Below are positions 1-10,127 of a stretch of 64,000 nt of DNA, one piece after another. The notes beneath the pieces were generated by a model. It did not search any database. It saw nothing but the letters and a program-made list of their open reading frames with translations, and had not been told where the DNA came from. Both the position numbers and the translations under genes were made by a program. How positions within the stretch are numbered: the stretch's first letter is position 1; each line of letters begins with the position of its first letter. Origin of the DNA: an uncultured Gammaproteobacteria bacterium (GTDB lineage Bacteria; Patescibacteriota; Microgenomatia; Levybacterales; UBA12049); NCBI GenBank assembly GCA_964490105.1, contig CAZAZU010000001.1, positions 227,804-291,803 of the forward strand, in the 5' to 3' direction.

Positions 1-236
1 GCAGCTTTAATGCTGGCAGCAATATATTTTGGGTTTTCTAAAAAATCATTCCTAACTCTGTTTAGATCCAAACCGAGGGAGATGTTTTCGATTGCTATAT
101 GAACGCCCTGAGCAGTAACTGAAGCTGGACATCTTATGCTTGCTCTAGTAAACATTCCAAATCCGATAGCTGCAAGCGATGCTCCTGTCTCAGGGGGTCT
201 TGGTATTCCGTATAAAAGTGGTCTGTCAGCGCTCAT
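1..236 (-). CDS. hypothetical protein, N-terminal part (gene runs off the 5' edge of the window)
   Basis: ATG at 234-236 on the minus strand opens a stop-free frame to position 1 (MSADRPLLYGIPRPPETGASLAAIGFGMF...). I do not recognise a family. It is absent from the ORF track because it is truncated. Confidence 0.3.
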   Translation of the reverse strand, partial: MSADRPLLYGIPRPPETGASLAAIGFGMFTRASIRCPASVTAQGVHIAIENISLGLDLNRVRNDFLENPKYIAASIKA

Positions 237-303
237 GACGGGTTATTTTACAGATCTTTATTTTTATTTGCAAATAAGCGGTATTTGAGGGTATAATAGC
301 CAT

Positions 304-513
304 ATGATTTTAGTAATTCTTGAAGCAGTTGTAGCAGTTCTTCTAATTGGGGTAATTCTTATGCAGGTTGCGGGATCAGGGCTTTCAGCAAGCTTTGGAG
401 GATCTGGGGAAACTTTTAGAAGCAGAAGAAGTGTCGAAAAACTTTTGGTTTATCTAACTGTAATTCTAGCGATAGTTTTCGCAATTTTCTCAATCTTACT
501 TCTTATCCCCTAA
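304..513 (+). CDS. secG: preprotein translocase subunit SecG-like small membrane protein
   Basis: 69 aa with two TM helices and a Gly-rich loop (SGLSASFGGSGETF) typical of SecG. A TATAAT-like 'ggtataat' lies just upstream. Confidence 0.5.
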   Translation: MILVILEAVVAVLLIGVILMQVAGSGLSASFGGSGETFRSRRSVEKLLVYLTVILAIVFAIFSILLLIP

Positions 514-522
514 AAGGGCTTT

Positions 523-1890
523 ATGATTTTTTTGAAAAGAAAAAGACTCATTTTTTGGCTTTTAAAAGCCTATTTAAAAAAATGGGGAAAAACAATCCTC
601 GGATCTTTTACATTGGGTTTTGCTATAATTCTTCTTCTTTTTTTAAATAGAAATTTTCTAATCTCCCGTCTTCCAATCGTAAATCATGAGCATATAGGGA
701 TTGCTGGTGTTTATTCAGAAAGAGATCTACCTAATAATCTTCCTGAGGTAATAGCAAACAAAGCCTCGAGGGGTTTAACGAAAATTTCTTCAACCGGTGA
801 AGTTAAGCCTGATCTTGCAAAGTCATGGGAGGTTAAAGACGACGGAAAAACATTTGTATTTTATCTTAAGGAGGGATTAGAATTTTCAGACGGTAAAGAG
901 GTGGATTCTAAGTCCATTAATTATAATTTTGCGGATGTTACAATTGAACGTCCCGCAAAGCATGTAATAGTATTCAAATTAAAAGATAAATACTCACCTT
1001 TTCTTGTAACCCTTGCAAATTACAAGGTATTTAAAAAAAATTATGTTGGAGTTTCAAATTATAAAATTGGCGACATTAAAACTAACGGTGAATTTATAAG
1101 AAGTCTTGAGCTAACTTCTGGTAAAGATAAAGAAAAAATAGAATACACCTTTTACGATACTCAAGAAGCTCTAAAGCATGCATATGTATTAGGGGAAGTA
1201 ACTTCAATTGTAGACATTAATAATTTGAATTATGCAAGAAATGTAAATCTAGATAGTTTTAAAAATACAAAGGTTTCTAAAAATATAAATGAAACAAAAA
1301 TAGTAACGTTATTTTTTAATAATTCTGACTCTACTCTCTCAGATAAAAAAATTAGAAAAGCTCTCGCTTACTCACTTCCAGATGAATTTAAGGATGGAAA
1401 AAGAACACACACGCCCTATAAGGATGGATATTGGTTTAATAATCCAGCTGAAAAATTTCAGAAAGATCTGGAATATGTAGCGATTCAACTAGAAGACACA
1501 GAAGCGACAAAAAGCGGAACAAAATTAAATCTTAAAACATTGCCCCAATACGAAAACCTTGCAAAAGAAATTTCCAAATACTGGAAGGAAATAGGTATGG
1601 AAACAGAAATAGAAAGAGTTGAGGGAGTTCCATCTAATTATCAGATTTTTCTGGGAGAACTTCCCGTATTAAAAGATCCAGATCAGTATACTCTTTGGCA
1701 TACTGGACAAACCAGCAATATCACAAATTATAGAAATTTAAGAATTGACAAGCTTCTTGAAGATGGAAGGCAGATTTATAATAAGCAGGAGCGAAAGCAG
1801 ATTTACGATGATTTCCAGAAATATTTAATTGATGATATGCCTGCAGCTTTCCTCTTCTTTCCTTATACTTACACATTGAATAGAAAATAA
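523..1890 (+). CDS. membrane-anchored solute-binding protein, ABC-transporter SBP family-5-like (peptide/nickel type)
   Basis: N-terminal TM/signal segment. The region 'KPDLAKSWEVKDDGKTFVFYLKEGLEFSDGKEVDSKSINYNF' resembles the N-lobe signature of family-5 SBPs. Confidence 0.4.
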   Translation: MIFLKRKRLIFWLLKAYLKKWGKTILGSFTLGFAIILLLFLNRNFLISRLPIVNHEHIGIAGVYSERDLPNNLPEVIANKASRGLTKISSTGEVKPDLAKSWEVKDDGKTFVFYLKEGLEFSDGKEVDSKSINYNFADVTIERPAKHVIVFKLKDKYSPFLVTLANYKVFKKNYVGVSNYKIGDIKTNGEFIRSLELTSGKDKEKIEYTFYDTQEALKHAYVLGEVTSIVDINNLNYARNVNLDSFKNTKVSKNINETKIVTLFFNNSDSTLSDKKIRKALAYSLPDEFKDGKRTHTPYKDGYWFNNPAEKFQKDLEYVAIQLEDTEATKSGTKLNLKTLPQYENLAKEISKYWKEIGMETEIERVEGVPSNYQIFLGELPVLKDPDQYTLWHTGQTSNITNYRNLRIDKLLEDGRQIYNKQERKQIYDDFQKYLIDDMPAAFLFFPYTYTLNRK

Positions 1891-3186
1891 CTATTTAGTT
1901 CCGTTTGAGAGGAAATATTTGCTTCTTAGTTTCTTGTGATATGTCACTGCGAATCTGTGCGCCTCGTCTCTAATACGTCTAACAAGAGTTAATCCTTTTG
2001 AAGTTTTAGAAAGTCTTATAACTTTAAAATCTGTAGTTATGAGAAGTTCTTCTCTTTTTGCAATTCCAATAAGCGGTATTTCAATGTTACTTTCAAATAA
2101 AGCTTTATTAGCTGAAGAAATTTGGCCTTTTCCTCCGTCTACTATTATTAGATCCGGATATTGCCACTCTTTATGCGCTAATCTTCTTTTAATAACTTCT
2201 CTCATCATCGCAAAATCATTTGGAACAACTCTAGGAGGCCTTTTAATTTGAAATCTTCTGTATTCAGAAGAATTTTTTTCGCCATCTGTAAAAACTACCA
2301 TGGATCCAGTTGCAAATTTTCCTGAAATGTTTGAAATGTCGTAACACTCAATTCTCTCAAGTTTTTTAACTTGTACTCCGTTTGAAATAAGCGCTTCTTT
2401 AAGTTCTTCTAATTCTTCATGTCTTATGTCACTTCTTAGATTTGGATTCAATTCATAATCAAAAGCAGTTTTACGGGGAGTTGTGATAAGAATTATTGCA
2501 TCAATTTTCTTTTGGATTTCAAATGCTTTCTCAAAATTTTCTAATTTACTTTCTGAATCTCTTTCTTTTTCTAGTTCTTTAATTATTTTCTTTGTTTCAC
2601 CCTGGAAAAATTGAACAATGTATTTAATATTTTTTTTATATTCTCTTGTTTGCTCTAAGGATTTAAACATTGGAGGGCATGGACACAAGCCTATATGAAA
2701 ATATAAACAATTTCTTTTCGGGTGGTTTAAAACGGATTGGTAAGGAAAAATTCTTCTGACAATTTTTAAAACAACTTTTAAATCAGTTGAAGAAGGATAC
2801 GGACCGAAATATATTGATTTACTATCTTCTTCACGACGCGCCAGTAAAACTTTTGGAATTTCTTCTCCTATCGTAATTCTTGCCCTGATATAGCTTTTCC
2901 CATCAGTTAATCTGATGTTATATTTCGGAGTGTATTTTTTAATTAGATTTGCTTCAAGAAGAAGAGATTCAAGTTCTGAATTGGTGTGAATAGTTTCAAT
3001 TTTATGAATCTTTTCAACAAGCGCCTGAGTTTTTGGACCAAGGTCTTTGTTTAAGAAATATGAAGACACACGTTTACGAAGATTTTTGGCTTTCCCCACA
3101 TATATAACTTCCCCTTCTTTATTGTGAAAGAGGTAAACGCCTTCTTTTTCTGATAATGATTGATATGATAAGTGTGAATAGTCCAA
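1891..3186 (-). CDS. uvrC: excinuclease ABC subunit C (UvrC), short form
   Basis: GIY-YIG motif 'GVYLFHNKEGEVIYVGKAKNLRKRVSSYF', UvrC endonuclease/RNase-H-like region, and C-terminal 'DEAHRFAVTYHKK'. The track start is TTG and overlaps the upstream CDS by 68 nt, so the true start is uncertain. Confidence 0.85.
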   Translation of the reverse strand: MDYSHLSYQSLSEKEGVYLFHNKEGEVIYVGKAKNLRKRVSSYFLNKDLGPKTQALVEKIHKIETIHTNSELESLLLEANLIKKYTPKYNIRLTDGKSYIRARITIGEEIPKVLLARREEDSKSIYFGPYPSSTDLKVVLKIVRRIFPYQSVLNHPKRNCLYFHIGLCPCPPMFKSLEQTREYKKNIKYIVQFFQGETKKIIKELEKERDSESKLENFEKAFEIQKKIDAIILITTPRKTAFDYELNPNLRSDIRHEELEELKEALISNGVQVKKLERIECYDISNISGKFATGSMVVFTDGEKNSSEYRRFQIKRPPRVVPNDFAMMREVIKRRLAHKEWQYPDLIIVDGGKGQISSANKALFESNIEIPLIGIAKREELLITTDFKVIRLSKTSKGLTLVRRIRDEAHRFAVTYHKKLRSKYFLSNGTK

Positions 3187-4948
3187 GTGTTATTGCTCCT
3201 AGAATTCCTATTATAAAGTAAACGTGTTTGTAAAAGGGTGAAATAATTATATTTTTCTCAATTACTTCTTTACCGATCGATATTTTAATTGTATCTGTTT
3301 CATTTGTCAAAAAATGTCTGGCATCAAATTTAACAGGGATTACTCTTTTCCCAGATGGAGGAATTTTATCAATGCTTAAATTTTGGACATTTGGAGTTAG
3401 GATTTCTGATTCTACTTTTATAGTTTGGTTAGGTGCAATCACTCCCGAGTCATTAGTTACAATTATTTCACCTTTAATCCCCAAACCGCCCAGATATAAA
3501 TCTCTAAAATTTGTTGACAGAGTTAGTGTAGGTAGATCATCTTCGTAGCTTTCCGATGTCCTTACCTTTACGTCTTGTGTGCTTTTTTGACCTGGAATTT
3601 TATATCCGCCGGCTGGAACAGGATATTCACTGTCCACTCCTTTTATGGTGAATGCGAAATGATCAAAGTCAAAAACATTAAAATAGTCAATGCCCTCAGT
3701 CGTATTTTCCCAAGTGGGATCTACCATAATCCAGGCGTTTTTGTCTTCATCATAATACTGGGGCCAGGAATGCAGAACATCTTTTAGGAGAGATAAGGGG
3801 CGTTTTGCGGAATTATCTGTATTTGCATATCCCTCAACTGCCCTAGCAGGAATTCCAGCAGCACGAGACAGTGTAACAAACAAATCAGTAAATTCCAGAC
3901 ATACTGCAGAATTTTTGTCTGACAAAACTCCTTTTGCTCCAGCCCTAACTTGCACCTCTTTGACTCGTCCAGTATCGTATTTCAAGTTCTCAACCACATA
4001 TTTATAAATGGCTTCGGGGGTTTTTAACTCATTGGCTAATTTTCTAATTTCCGGGTCACTAACTTCCCAGTATTTCTGAGGCTTTAAATATGTTTTTCGC
4101 TCATCTTCGGATAGGGAAATCTTTTTAGGTTTATGGGACAATTTTGCTTTTCCTAAAACTCTGACATCGTAATCCTCCGAAGGGAGAAGTCTGTATTTGG
4201 CAAGCCAGTTTCCGTCAGCGTCAATTATAACGTCGATTGGCTTTGGATTCATTTCTGAAATATTAACTTCCTGATAATTGTTGCTTGAAGGAATTGCGAT
4301 TTCTGTAACCACAGGATAAAGATTTCTATTTCTTAAGTGATAGGTAAGATCAAATGAGTAAACTTGATTTTCCCCGTAAGCTATAGAAACACCGGACTTT
4401 CCTAAATCTTTCTTTGAAAATTTTAATGTATTTCCCGAGGCGGTTGCGCTTGGAATATTGGGCTTTATGATTGAGGGTTTTCCAAAACTATGAGGAACAA
4501 CTACTGAGGTATTAAAAGATGCGTATTCTTCCTGATGGGTGATACCAGGGATATTTACTTCCCAGATACTTCCATAATTTTTAGCGATCTCAAGTGTATC
4601 AAAACTTACTGTAAATTTTTGAGTTTCATTTATTCCCACTACTTTTTCAATAAAATCAAATGAGAGCTGTGTTCCTTTATCATTTTTGGTTGGTTTTACA
4701 TTAAGCTCTCCTCCTAAGTCGATAGCTTTGATATTTGAAATGTCCTCGAATCCAGTTTGAATTTTATAACTGCCTGCATAAAAACCAGTAGTATTGTTTC
4801 TGAGGTCAATGTCCATGATAACCTTAGTTGTTTGATCGGCGTTTACCTGATAAGTAACGTTATAAAATGTAGAAAATTTTTCCTGAGCGTAAATTTTATC
4901 GTTTGAGAGTATAAACAATGCGAAAAGAATAGGCAGAATTTTTTTCAT
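3119..4948 (-). CDS. secreted/membrane-anchored transglutaminase-like (Cys-His-Asp) domain protein
   Basis: Signal peptide [15 protein letters not shown]. Transglutaminase-like core 'SAVCLEFTDLFVTLSRAAGIPARAVEGY'. C-terminal TM helix plus RKRRR stop-transfer. Sits between uvrA and uvrC on the same strand. Confidence 0.6.
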   Translation of the reverse strand: MKKILPILFALFILSNDKIYAQEKFSTFYNVTYQVNADQTTKVIMDIDLRNNTTGFYAGSYKIQTGFEDISNIKAIDLGGELNVKPTKNDKGTQLSFDFIEKVVGINETQKFTVSFDTLEIAKNYGSIWEVNIPGITHQEEYASFNTSVVVPHSFGKPSIIKPNIPSATASGNTLKFSKKDLGKSGVSIAYGENQVYSFDLTYHLRNRNLYPVVTEIAIPSSNNYQEVNISEMNPKPIDVIIDADGNWLAKYRLLPSEDYDVRVLGKAKLSHKPKKISLSEDERKTYLKPQKYWEVSDPEIRKLANELKTPEAIYKYVVENLKYDTGRVKEVQVRAGAKGVLSDKNSAVCLEFTDLFVTLSRAAGIPARAVEGYANTDNSAKRPLSLLKDVLHSWPQYYDEDKNAWIMVDPTWENTTEGIDYFNVFDFDHFAFTIKGVDSEYPVPAGGYKIPGQKSTQDVKVRTSESYEDDLPTLTLSTNFRDLYLGGLGIKGEIIVTNDSGVIAPNQTIKVESEILTPNVQNLSIDKIPPSGKRVIPVKFDARHFLTNETDTIKISIGKEVIEKNIIISPFYKHVYFIIGILGAITLGLFTLIISIIIRKRRRLPLSQ

Positions 4949-7821
4949 TACAAAACTTTTTTTAGAAAGTGGCCTGTGTAGGACGCTGGATTTTTGGCAA
5001 TTTCTTCTGGTGTTCCAGTTGCAATTAAATTACCGCCTCGTTCTCCTCCATCAGGACCTAAGTCTATTATATAGTCAGCGTTCTTAATAATATCAAGGTT
5101 GTGTTCGATAACTATTACAGTATTTCCTATATCAACAAGTCGCCTAAGAACGTGCAAAAGTTTTTCCAAGTCTGCAAAATGAAGTCCGGATGTTGGTTCG
5201 TCCAGTAAATATAGGGCATGGGAGCCTCTTTTTGAAAGCTCTGATGCGAGTTTTACGCGCTGCGCTTCTCCTCCTGAAAGAGTTGGAGCTGGCTGACCAA
5301 GTTTTACATAAGAAAGTCCCACATCGTTAAGGGTTAAGAGCCTGTTAGATAGTGGTGTAATAAAATTAAAGAAATTTGCAGCCTCTAAAACGCTCATATT
5401 CAGAACTTCTGAAATATTTTTTCCGTTAAATAAAACTTCCAATGCCTCTTTGTTGTATTGTTTTCCTTCGCAAACTTCACAGGTTATATAGACATCAGGC
5501 AAGAACTGCATCTCAATTTTTATTTGTCCTTCTCCCTCGCATGCCTCACATCTTCCCCCTTTAACATTAAATGAAAATCTTCCGGCACCGTATCCTTTAA
5601 GTCTTGCGTCTTTAGTTTTTGCAAAAATCTCCCTAATGTAATTGAATGCTCCGGTATACGTAGCGGGATTACTTCTTGGAGTGCGTCCAATCGGAGACTG
5701 ATCAATTGAGTAAATGTGCTTTATGTTTTCATATCCCTGAATGCTCGTGTGCGCTCCCGGCTTTTCTCTGTGAAATGGATCTTCTAATTGTTTTAGTCCG
5801 TGATACAAAATGTCATTAATAAGCGTTGATTTTCCTGATCCTGACACCCCAGTTACAACAATTAATTTCCCTAAAGGGAATTCCACATCTATATTTTTAA
5901 GATTATGTTCAGTGGCACCTTTAATTATTAGTTTGTCGTTAATGCCATTAGGCTTTGCGCTTTCGACCTTAATCTTCTTTTTCTTCGAAAGATATGCGCC
6001 AGTTATTGAATGGGAGTCTTTTTTTATTTCATCAATTGTTCCCTCAAAAATAATTTGACCTCCCCCTTCTCCGGCAGCAGGTCCAAAATCAACTATATAA
6101 TCTGAAGCTTCCATGGTTTCTTCATCGTGTTCCACTACGAGAACTGTATTTCCTAAATTTTTAAGCTTAATTAGAGTTTCGATAAGCTTTTTGTTATCTT
6201 TTTGATGAAGTCCGATTGAGGGTTCATCTAAAACATATAAAACTCCAGTAAGACCTGATCCAATTTGAGAAGCAAGTCTTATTCTTTGTGCTTCTCCTCC
6301 AGCCAAAGTTTCAGCACCTCTAGAGAGGGTTAGATAATCAAGCCCAACGTCGCTAAGGAATGTTAAGCGCTGTTTTATTTCTTTTAGAATTAATTTTCCG
6401 ATAGATTCTTCTCTGTCGCTTATTTTACTGTTTAGAGATTCAATAAAGGAAAGAGACTTATCAATCGACATATCTCCTACTTCGACTATGGATTTCCCGT
6501 CTATCGTTACTGCCATTGCTTCTTTCCTTAGTCTGGAGCCGTTGCATGAAGGACAAACTTCATATCTCATGAATTTTTCTATTTGGGCTTTAAAAAACAT
6601 TGAATCTGTATTTTGATATCTGTCTTTTAGTTCCTGTAAAACACCGGGAAATTTTTCAGTAATCGTGGTGTTTCTGCCCCATCTGTTTTCTCCATGGACG
6701 TAATACTCTTTGTCTCCTGTCCCTTTAAGTAAAATATCTTTCTTTTCGTTAGAGATCTCTGAAAGTCTCACGTTCACTGGAATTCCATTGTTTTGGGCAA
6801 AAGTTTTAAAAGTTCTAGTAAACCATGTATCGTGAGATAAGAGATTTGAAAAAGGAAGAATTCCTCCCTCTAAAATTGAAAGATTATTATTGAAAACCAA
6901 GTCACGATCCACCGTTAGTATATTCCCAAGTCCGTTACAGTTGGGGCATGCTCCATGCGGAGTATTAAAAGAAAAAATGCGAGGCTCAACTTCTGCTATA
7001 GATATATTACATACCGGACAAGCAAATTTGGTCGAAAAAAGATGATCTTCCATCTTTTTAGGAATTGAGGGAATCTCAAAGCCTTGATCTTTAATGTCCG
7101 CTAAAATTATTTCTCCTTCACCGAATTTAAGAGCCTGCTCAACGTCAGTAGAGACTCTAGAGCGATCAGTTTTATCATTTAGCATAATCTTGTCGATTAT
7201 GACTTCAATTGAATGCTTGTTTGTTTTTATAAGTATTAGCTCTTCTGATAAATCAAAAACATGATTATCTACTCTGACTTGCTTATATCCTCTCTTTCTT
7301 AGATCTTCGAAAACCTGACCATACTCCCCTTTTCTGTCTTTTACGATTGGAGCCATAATCATAGCCTTCACTTGCTTAGCCCCCTGTTGAGAATGAAAAC
7401 CCATGATTTGGTCTGTAATTTGCTCAGGTGAAACCCTGGAAATTTCTCTTCCGCAATTAGGACAATGCGGGTGGCCAATGCGCGCAAATAACAGCCTTAA
7501 ATAATCATAGATTTCTGTAACAGTGCCTACTGTGGATCTTGGATTTCTTGAAGTTGATTTCTGATCAATTGAAATGGCCGGAGATAAACCTTCAATAAGA
7601 TCCACGTCAGGTTTTTTCATGACTCCTAGAAATTGCCTAGCGTAGGAAGAAAGACTCTCAACATATCGGCGTTGTCCTTCTGCGTAAATTGTGTCAAAGG
7701 CAAGAGAGGATTTTCCGCTGCCAGAAAGACCTGTAAAAACCACTAATTTATTTTTGGGGATTTTAAGATCGACGTTTTTAAGATTATGCTCGCGGGCACC
7801 TTTAACAATAATACTATCCAT
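4948..7821 (-). CDS. uvrA: excinuclease ABC subunit A (UvrA)
   Basis: 957 aa with two ABC ATPase modules ([14 protein letters not shown]; [13 protein letters not shown]; LSGGEAQR x2) and zinc-finger CxxC pairs. Confidence 0.95.
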   Translation of the reverse strand: MDSIIVKGAREHNLKNVDLKIPKNKLVVFTGLSGSGKSSLAFDTIYAEGQRRYVESLSSYARQFLGVMKKPDVDLIEGLSPAISIDQKSTSRNPRSTVGTVTEIYDYLRLLFARIGHPHCPNCGREISRVSPEQITDQIMGFHSQQGAKQVKAMIMAPIVKDRKGEYGQVFEDLRKRGYKQVRVDNHVFDLSEELILIKTNKHSIEVIIDKIMLNDKTDRSRVSTDVEQALKFGEGEIILADIKDQGFEIPSIPKKMEDHLFSTKFACPVCNISIAEVEPRIFSFNTPHGACPNCNGLGNILTVDRDLVFNNNLSILEGGILPFSNLLSHDTWFTRTFKTFAQNNGIPVNVRLSEISNEKKDILLKGTGDKEYYVHGENRWGRNTTITEKFPGVLQELKDRYQNTDSMFFKAQIEKFMRYEVCPSCNGSRLRKEAMAVTIDGKSIVEVGDMSIDKSLSFIESLNSKISDREESIGKLILKEIKQRLTFLSDVGLDYLTLSRGAETLAGGEAQRIRLASQIGSGLTGVLYVLDEPSIGLHQKDNKKLIETLIKLKNLGNTVLVVEHDEETMEASDYIVDFGPAAGEGGGQIIFEGTIDEIKKDSHSITGAYLSKKKKIKVESAKPNGINDKLIIKGATEHNLKNIDVEFPLGKLIVVTGVSGSGKSTLINDILYHGLKQLEDPFHREKPGAHTSIQGYENIKHIYSIDQSPIGRTPRSNPATYTGAFNYIREIFAKTKDARLKGYGAGRFSFNVKGGRCEACEGEGQIKIEMQFLPDVYITCEVCEGKQYNKEALEVLFNGKNISEVLNMSVLEAANFFNFITPLSNRLLTLNDVGLSYVKLGQPAPTLSGGEAQRVKLASELSKRGSHALYLLDEPTSGLHFADLEKLLHVLRRLVDIGNTVIVIEHNLDIIKNADYIIDLGPDGGERGGNLIATGTPEEIAKNPASYTGHFLKKVL

Positions 7822-7881
7822 ATTTGAAGTTACTTTTTAGTAAGCTAATATTATAGTGGAAATTCAAAGCTCTGACAATCA

Positions 7882-8511
7882 TTAGGGCCGCCACGATTCA
7901 TATGCATAATAATTTCCCGAGTTACCTATGCATGCGAAAGGAGTATTTTTTAGCATATTCTCGTTATGCCCTGGTGAATCAATCCACGCCTGCACTACGT
8001 CCCCAGGGTTTGAGCTCATTGCTATATTTTCTGCAATCTCCGAATATGAGGGGTAAGGAAGATTCTTAGAGCTTACCCTGCTAGAAAAACCGTCATGATT
8101 AAATGCAGATGTAATTTCTGAGGCTCTTGTTTTTGCAAAGCTACAGGTATGAGCTTCTTCCGACACCGGGGAGAGGCCTTTAGAGGCTCGATATGCATTT
8201 ACTTGTGAAAGAAGATCATTTGCTCCTGACGATGTTTGCTTGATTTCTGAAGTCTGATTAGGGGCTTGAGGGGCAGTGGTCGGAGTGAAAGTTATTACAG
8301 TTTCTTCTGCAACTGTAATTTTAGGCTTTGGAACAGTTATTTTAGCTGTTCCGATTTCTGCTGAGTTATTTGAAGCTACTCTTATGGTTTTTGGTTTCTC
8401 GATTATCAAAACAGTAGAGTTTTTTTTGTTTTGGATGTTGATTAGGAGAAGTACGTCTAAAATTATGATGCAAGTAATAAGAAAGCTTTTATTGATAGTC
8501 CAAAACACCAA
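7882..8511 (-). CDS. membrane-anchored CAP/SCP/PR-1-like domain protein
   Basis: N-terminal TM segment. C-terminal 'SPGHNENMLKNTPFACIGNSGNYYAYE' matches the CAP-domain signature (GHYTQ/HNEN-type). Confidence 0.5.
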   Translation of the reverse strand: MVFWTINKSFLITCIIILDVLLLINIQNKKNSTVLIIEKPKTIRVASNNSAEIGTAKITVPKPKITVAEETVITFTPTTAPQAPNQTSEIKQTSSGANDLLSQVNAYRASKGLSPVSEEAHTCSFAKTRASEITSAFNHDGFSSRVSSKNLPYPSYSEIAENIAMSSNPGDVVQAWIDSPGHNENMLKNTPFACIGNSGNYYAYESWRP

Positions 8512-8596
8512 TAAATAATAACAAAAAGAAACTTAATTTCAATGAGTAATTCGACTATTTATAGGATTTGAATTTTATTGATATATTTAGTACACC

Positions 8597-8625
8597 TTGA
8601 CACTATATTTTTCACATCTTAATAT
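8597..8625 (+). promoter_or_regulatory. sigma70-like promoter (TTGACA-N17-TAATAT) at the head of the 8.5-8.9 kb intergenic region
   Basis: ttgaca at 8597-8602, 17-nt spacer, taatat at 8620-8625. The transcript would start about 290 nt upstream of the RTX-like gene. Confidence 0.25.
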
Positions 8626-8921
8626 GGTGAAAAGTTAAAAAAGCGAAAATATCAACGATTGACAAGCTTTTTTAAAGAAAATTCAGACCGCAAACGGATG
8701 AATATGAAAACTGTCCAAATTAATTTAGACTATCTAAAGGCCTAGTATAGAAATATACGGGCCTTTTTTGTGGTTTGAGTTAAAAGCTTGAAAAACCTAG
8801 CTACGGTTGCGATTGCTGAACAGTTTGGAAATTGAGAATTGGAAAAGAGCTGCCCTCTTTTTCAATATAAAAGTGAAACCATCCTTCATTAAAATTACGG
8901 ATGGCGGAAGGAGGTGAATAT

Positions 8922-10127
8922 ATGTATAAAAGAAAATTTTTAATTAGTTCTCTTACTGGATTGCTTGCTGTATTTCTTGTTTCTGTAACGGTATTTGCAG
9001 CAACACTAGTAGTAAGTCCTGGAAATATGCAGGGTTGGACTGAGCTAAATTTTGACGATTCTACTTCAATTGACTCTTCTGCTACAACTACATCAGGGAC
9101 AGAAAGTCTTTTAGCAAGTGGTCCAGCAGTGCCTCCGTTAGGAAGCGGAAGCTTAAAACAAGTAGTTGGATCTAATGGAAACGATGCCACTAGAATTCTA
9201 ACATCTGATTTTAATGGATTAGCCTTGGGTGATTTGACTGAGATTACTTATAGCACCTATACCGATAATGCAGTTAGCGATCAGGCTGTTTATTTGCAGT
9301 TTAGAATCGATAAAGATGGAGACGGAGATACTGATGATAGATTGTTTTATGAACCAGTTTATCAAAATGGTACATATGGATTACTTGGATACAGTACCGT
9401 AGTTCCAAATCAATGTGCGGGCGACCCTTCATGTGTAATTAATGATACATGGCAGACATGGGATGCAGACGCAGGAGGCTGGTGGTCGGTCAATGATAGC
9501 GCAGGTGGTCCACCGCTTACAACTCTCGCAGGATACTTAACTGCTTATCCATTAGCAAAGCTTTCTACAGACGTACCCTCGATACGAGTTCAGTCTGGAG
9601 GAGGAGCAGGAGCGTGGGATAATTTCGTAGGATATGTAGATAAATTGGTTATTAATGGTACTACATATAATTTTGAACTTGAAGAACCAGCTGTAAGTCC
9701 ATCTCCAACAATTACACCTAATCCATTTGCGGTTCCAGCTGAATGTACCGGAACATATGGTGCTCCTATTGTTGGGACAAACGGCTCCAATATTATTAAT
9801 GGAACATCAGGGAATGACTTAATATTTGCGTTTGGTGGTGCAGATAAAGTTGATGGTAAAGGTGGAGATGATTGTATCGTAGCAGGTGGTGGTGCTGATT
9901 CTGTCAAGGGTAACAACGGGAATGACGTTATTCTTGGTGGTGAAGGCGCTGATGATCTTAAAGGAGAAAATGATAACGATACCCTTTATGGAAATAATGG
10001 TGCCGATAGTCTACGCGGAGGAAATGGATCCGATACTTTAATCGGTGGAAATAATTCAGATTCTGCAAGAGGTGAAGGAGGATCCGATACTTGCGACGCA
10101 GAATCAGAAAATTCTTGCGAGATTTAG
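8922..10127 (+). CDS. secreted protein: novel N-terminal domain plus C-terminal RTX-type (GGxGxDxUx) calcium-binding beta-roll repeats
   Basis: RBS aaggaggtgaa 8-18 nt upstream of ATG 8922 (the track ORF begins earlier at 8901). Signal peptide. C-terminal run 'GGADKVDGKGGDDCIVAGGGADSVKGNNGNDVILGGEGADDLKGENDNDTLYGNNGADSLRGGNGSDTLIGG'. Confidence 0.6.
   Translation: MYKRKFLISSLTGLLAVFLVSVTVFAATLVVSPGNMQGWTELNFDDSTSIDSSATTTSGTESLLASGPAVPPLGSGSLKQVVGSNGNDATRILTSDFNGLALGDLTEITYSTYTDNAVSDQAVYLQFRIDKDGDGDTDDRLFYEPVYQNGTYGLLGYSTVVPNQCAGDPSCVINDTWQTWDADAGGWWSVNDSAGGPPLTTLAGYLTAYPLAKLSTDVPSIRVQSGGGAGAWDNFVGYVDKLVINGTTYNFELEEPAVSPSPTITPNPFAVPAECTGTYGAPIVGTNGSNIINGTSGNDLIFAFGGADKVDGKGGDDCIVAGGGADSVKGNNGNDVILGGEGADDLKGENDNDTLYGNNGADSLRGGNGSDTLIGGNNSDSARGEGGSDTCDAESENSCEI

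Noticed and set aside
2039-7821. Short ORFs nested in uvrC, the transglutaminase-like gene and uvrA (2039-2251, 3575-3787, 5520-5705, 5810-6058)
   Set aside because: They lie fully inside strongly supported long genes on either strand, with no motifs.
8801-9190. 129-aa minus-strand ORF overlapping the start of the RTX-like gene
   Set aside because: It overlaps a well-supported plus-strand gene with a strong RBS. Its 3' end is simply the out-of-frame remnant of the 21-nt paralog fragment, so it is not a real CDS.
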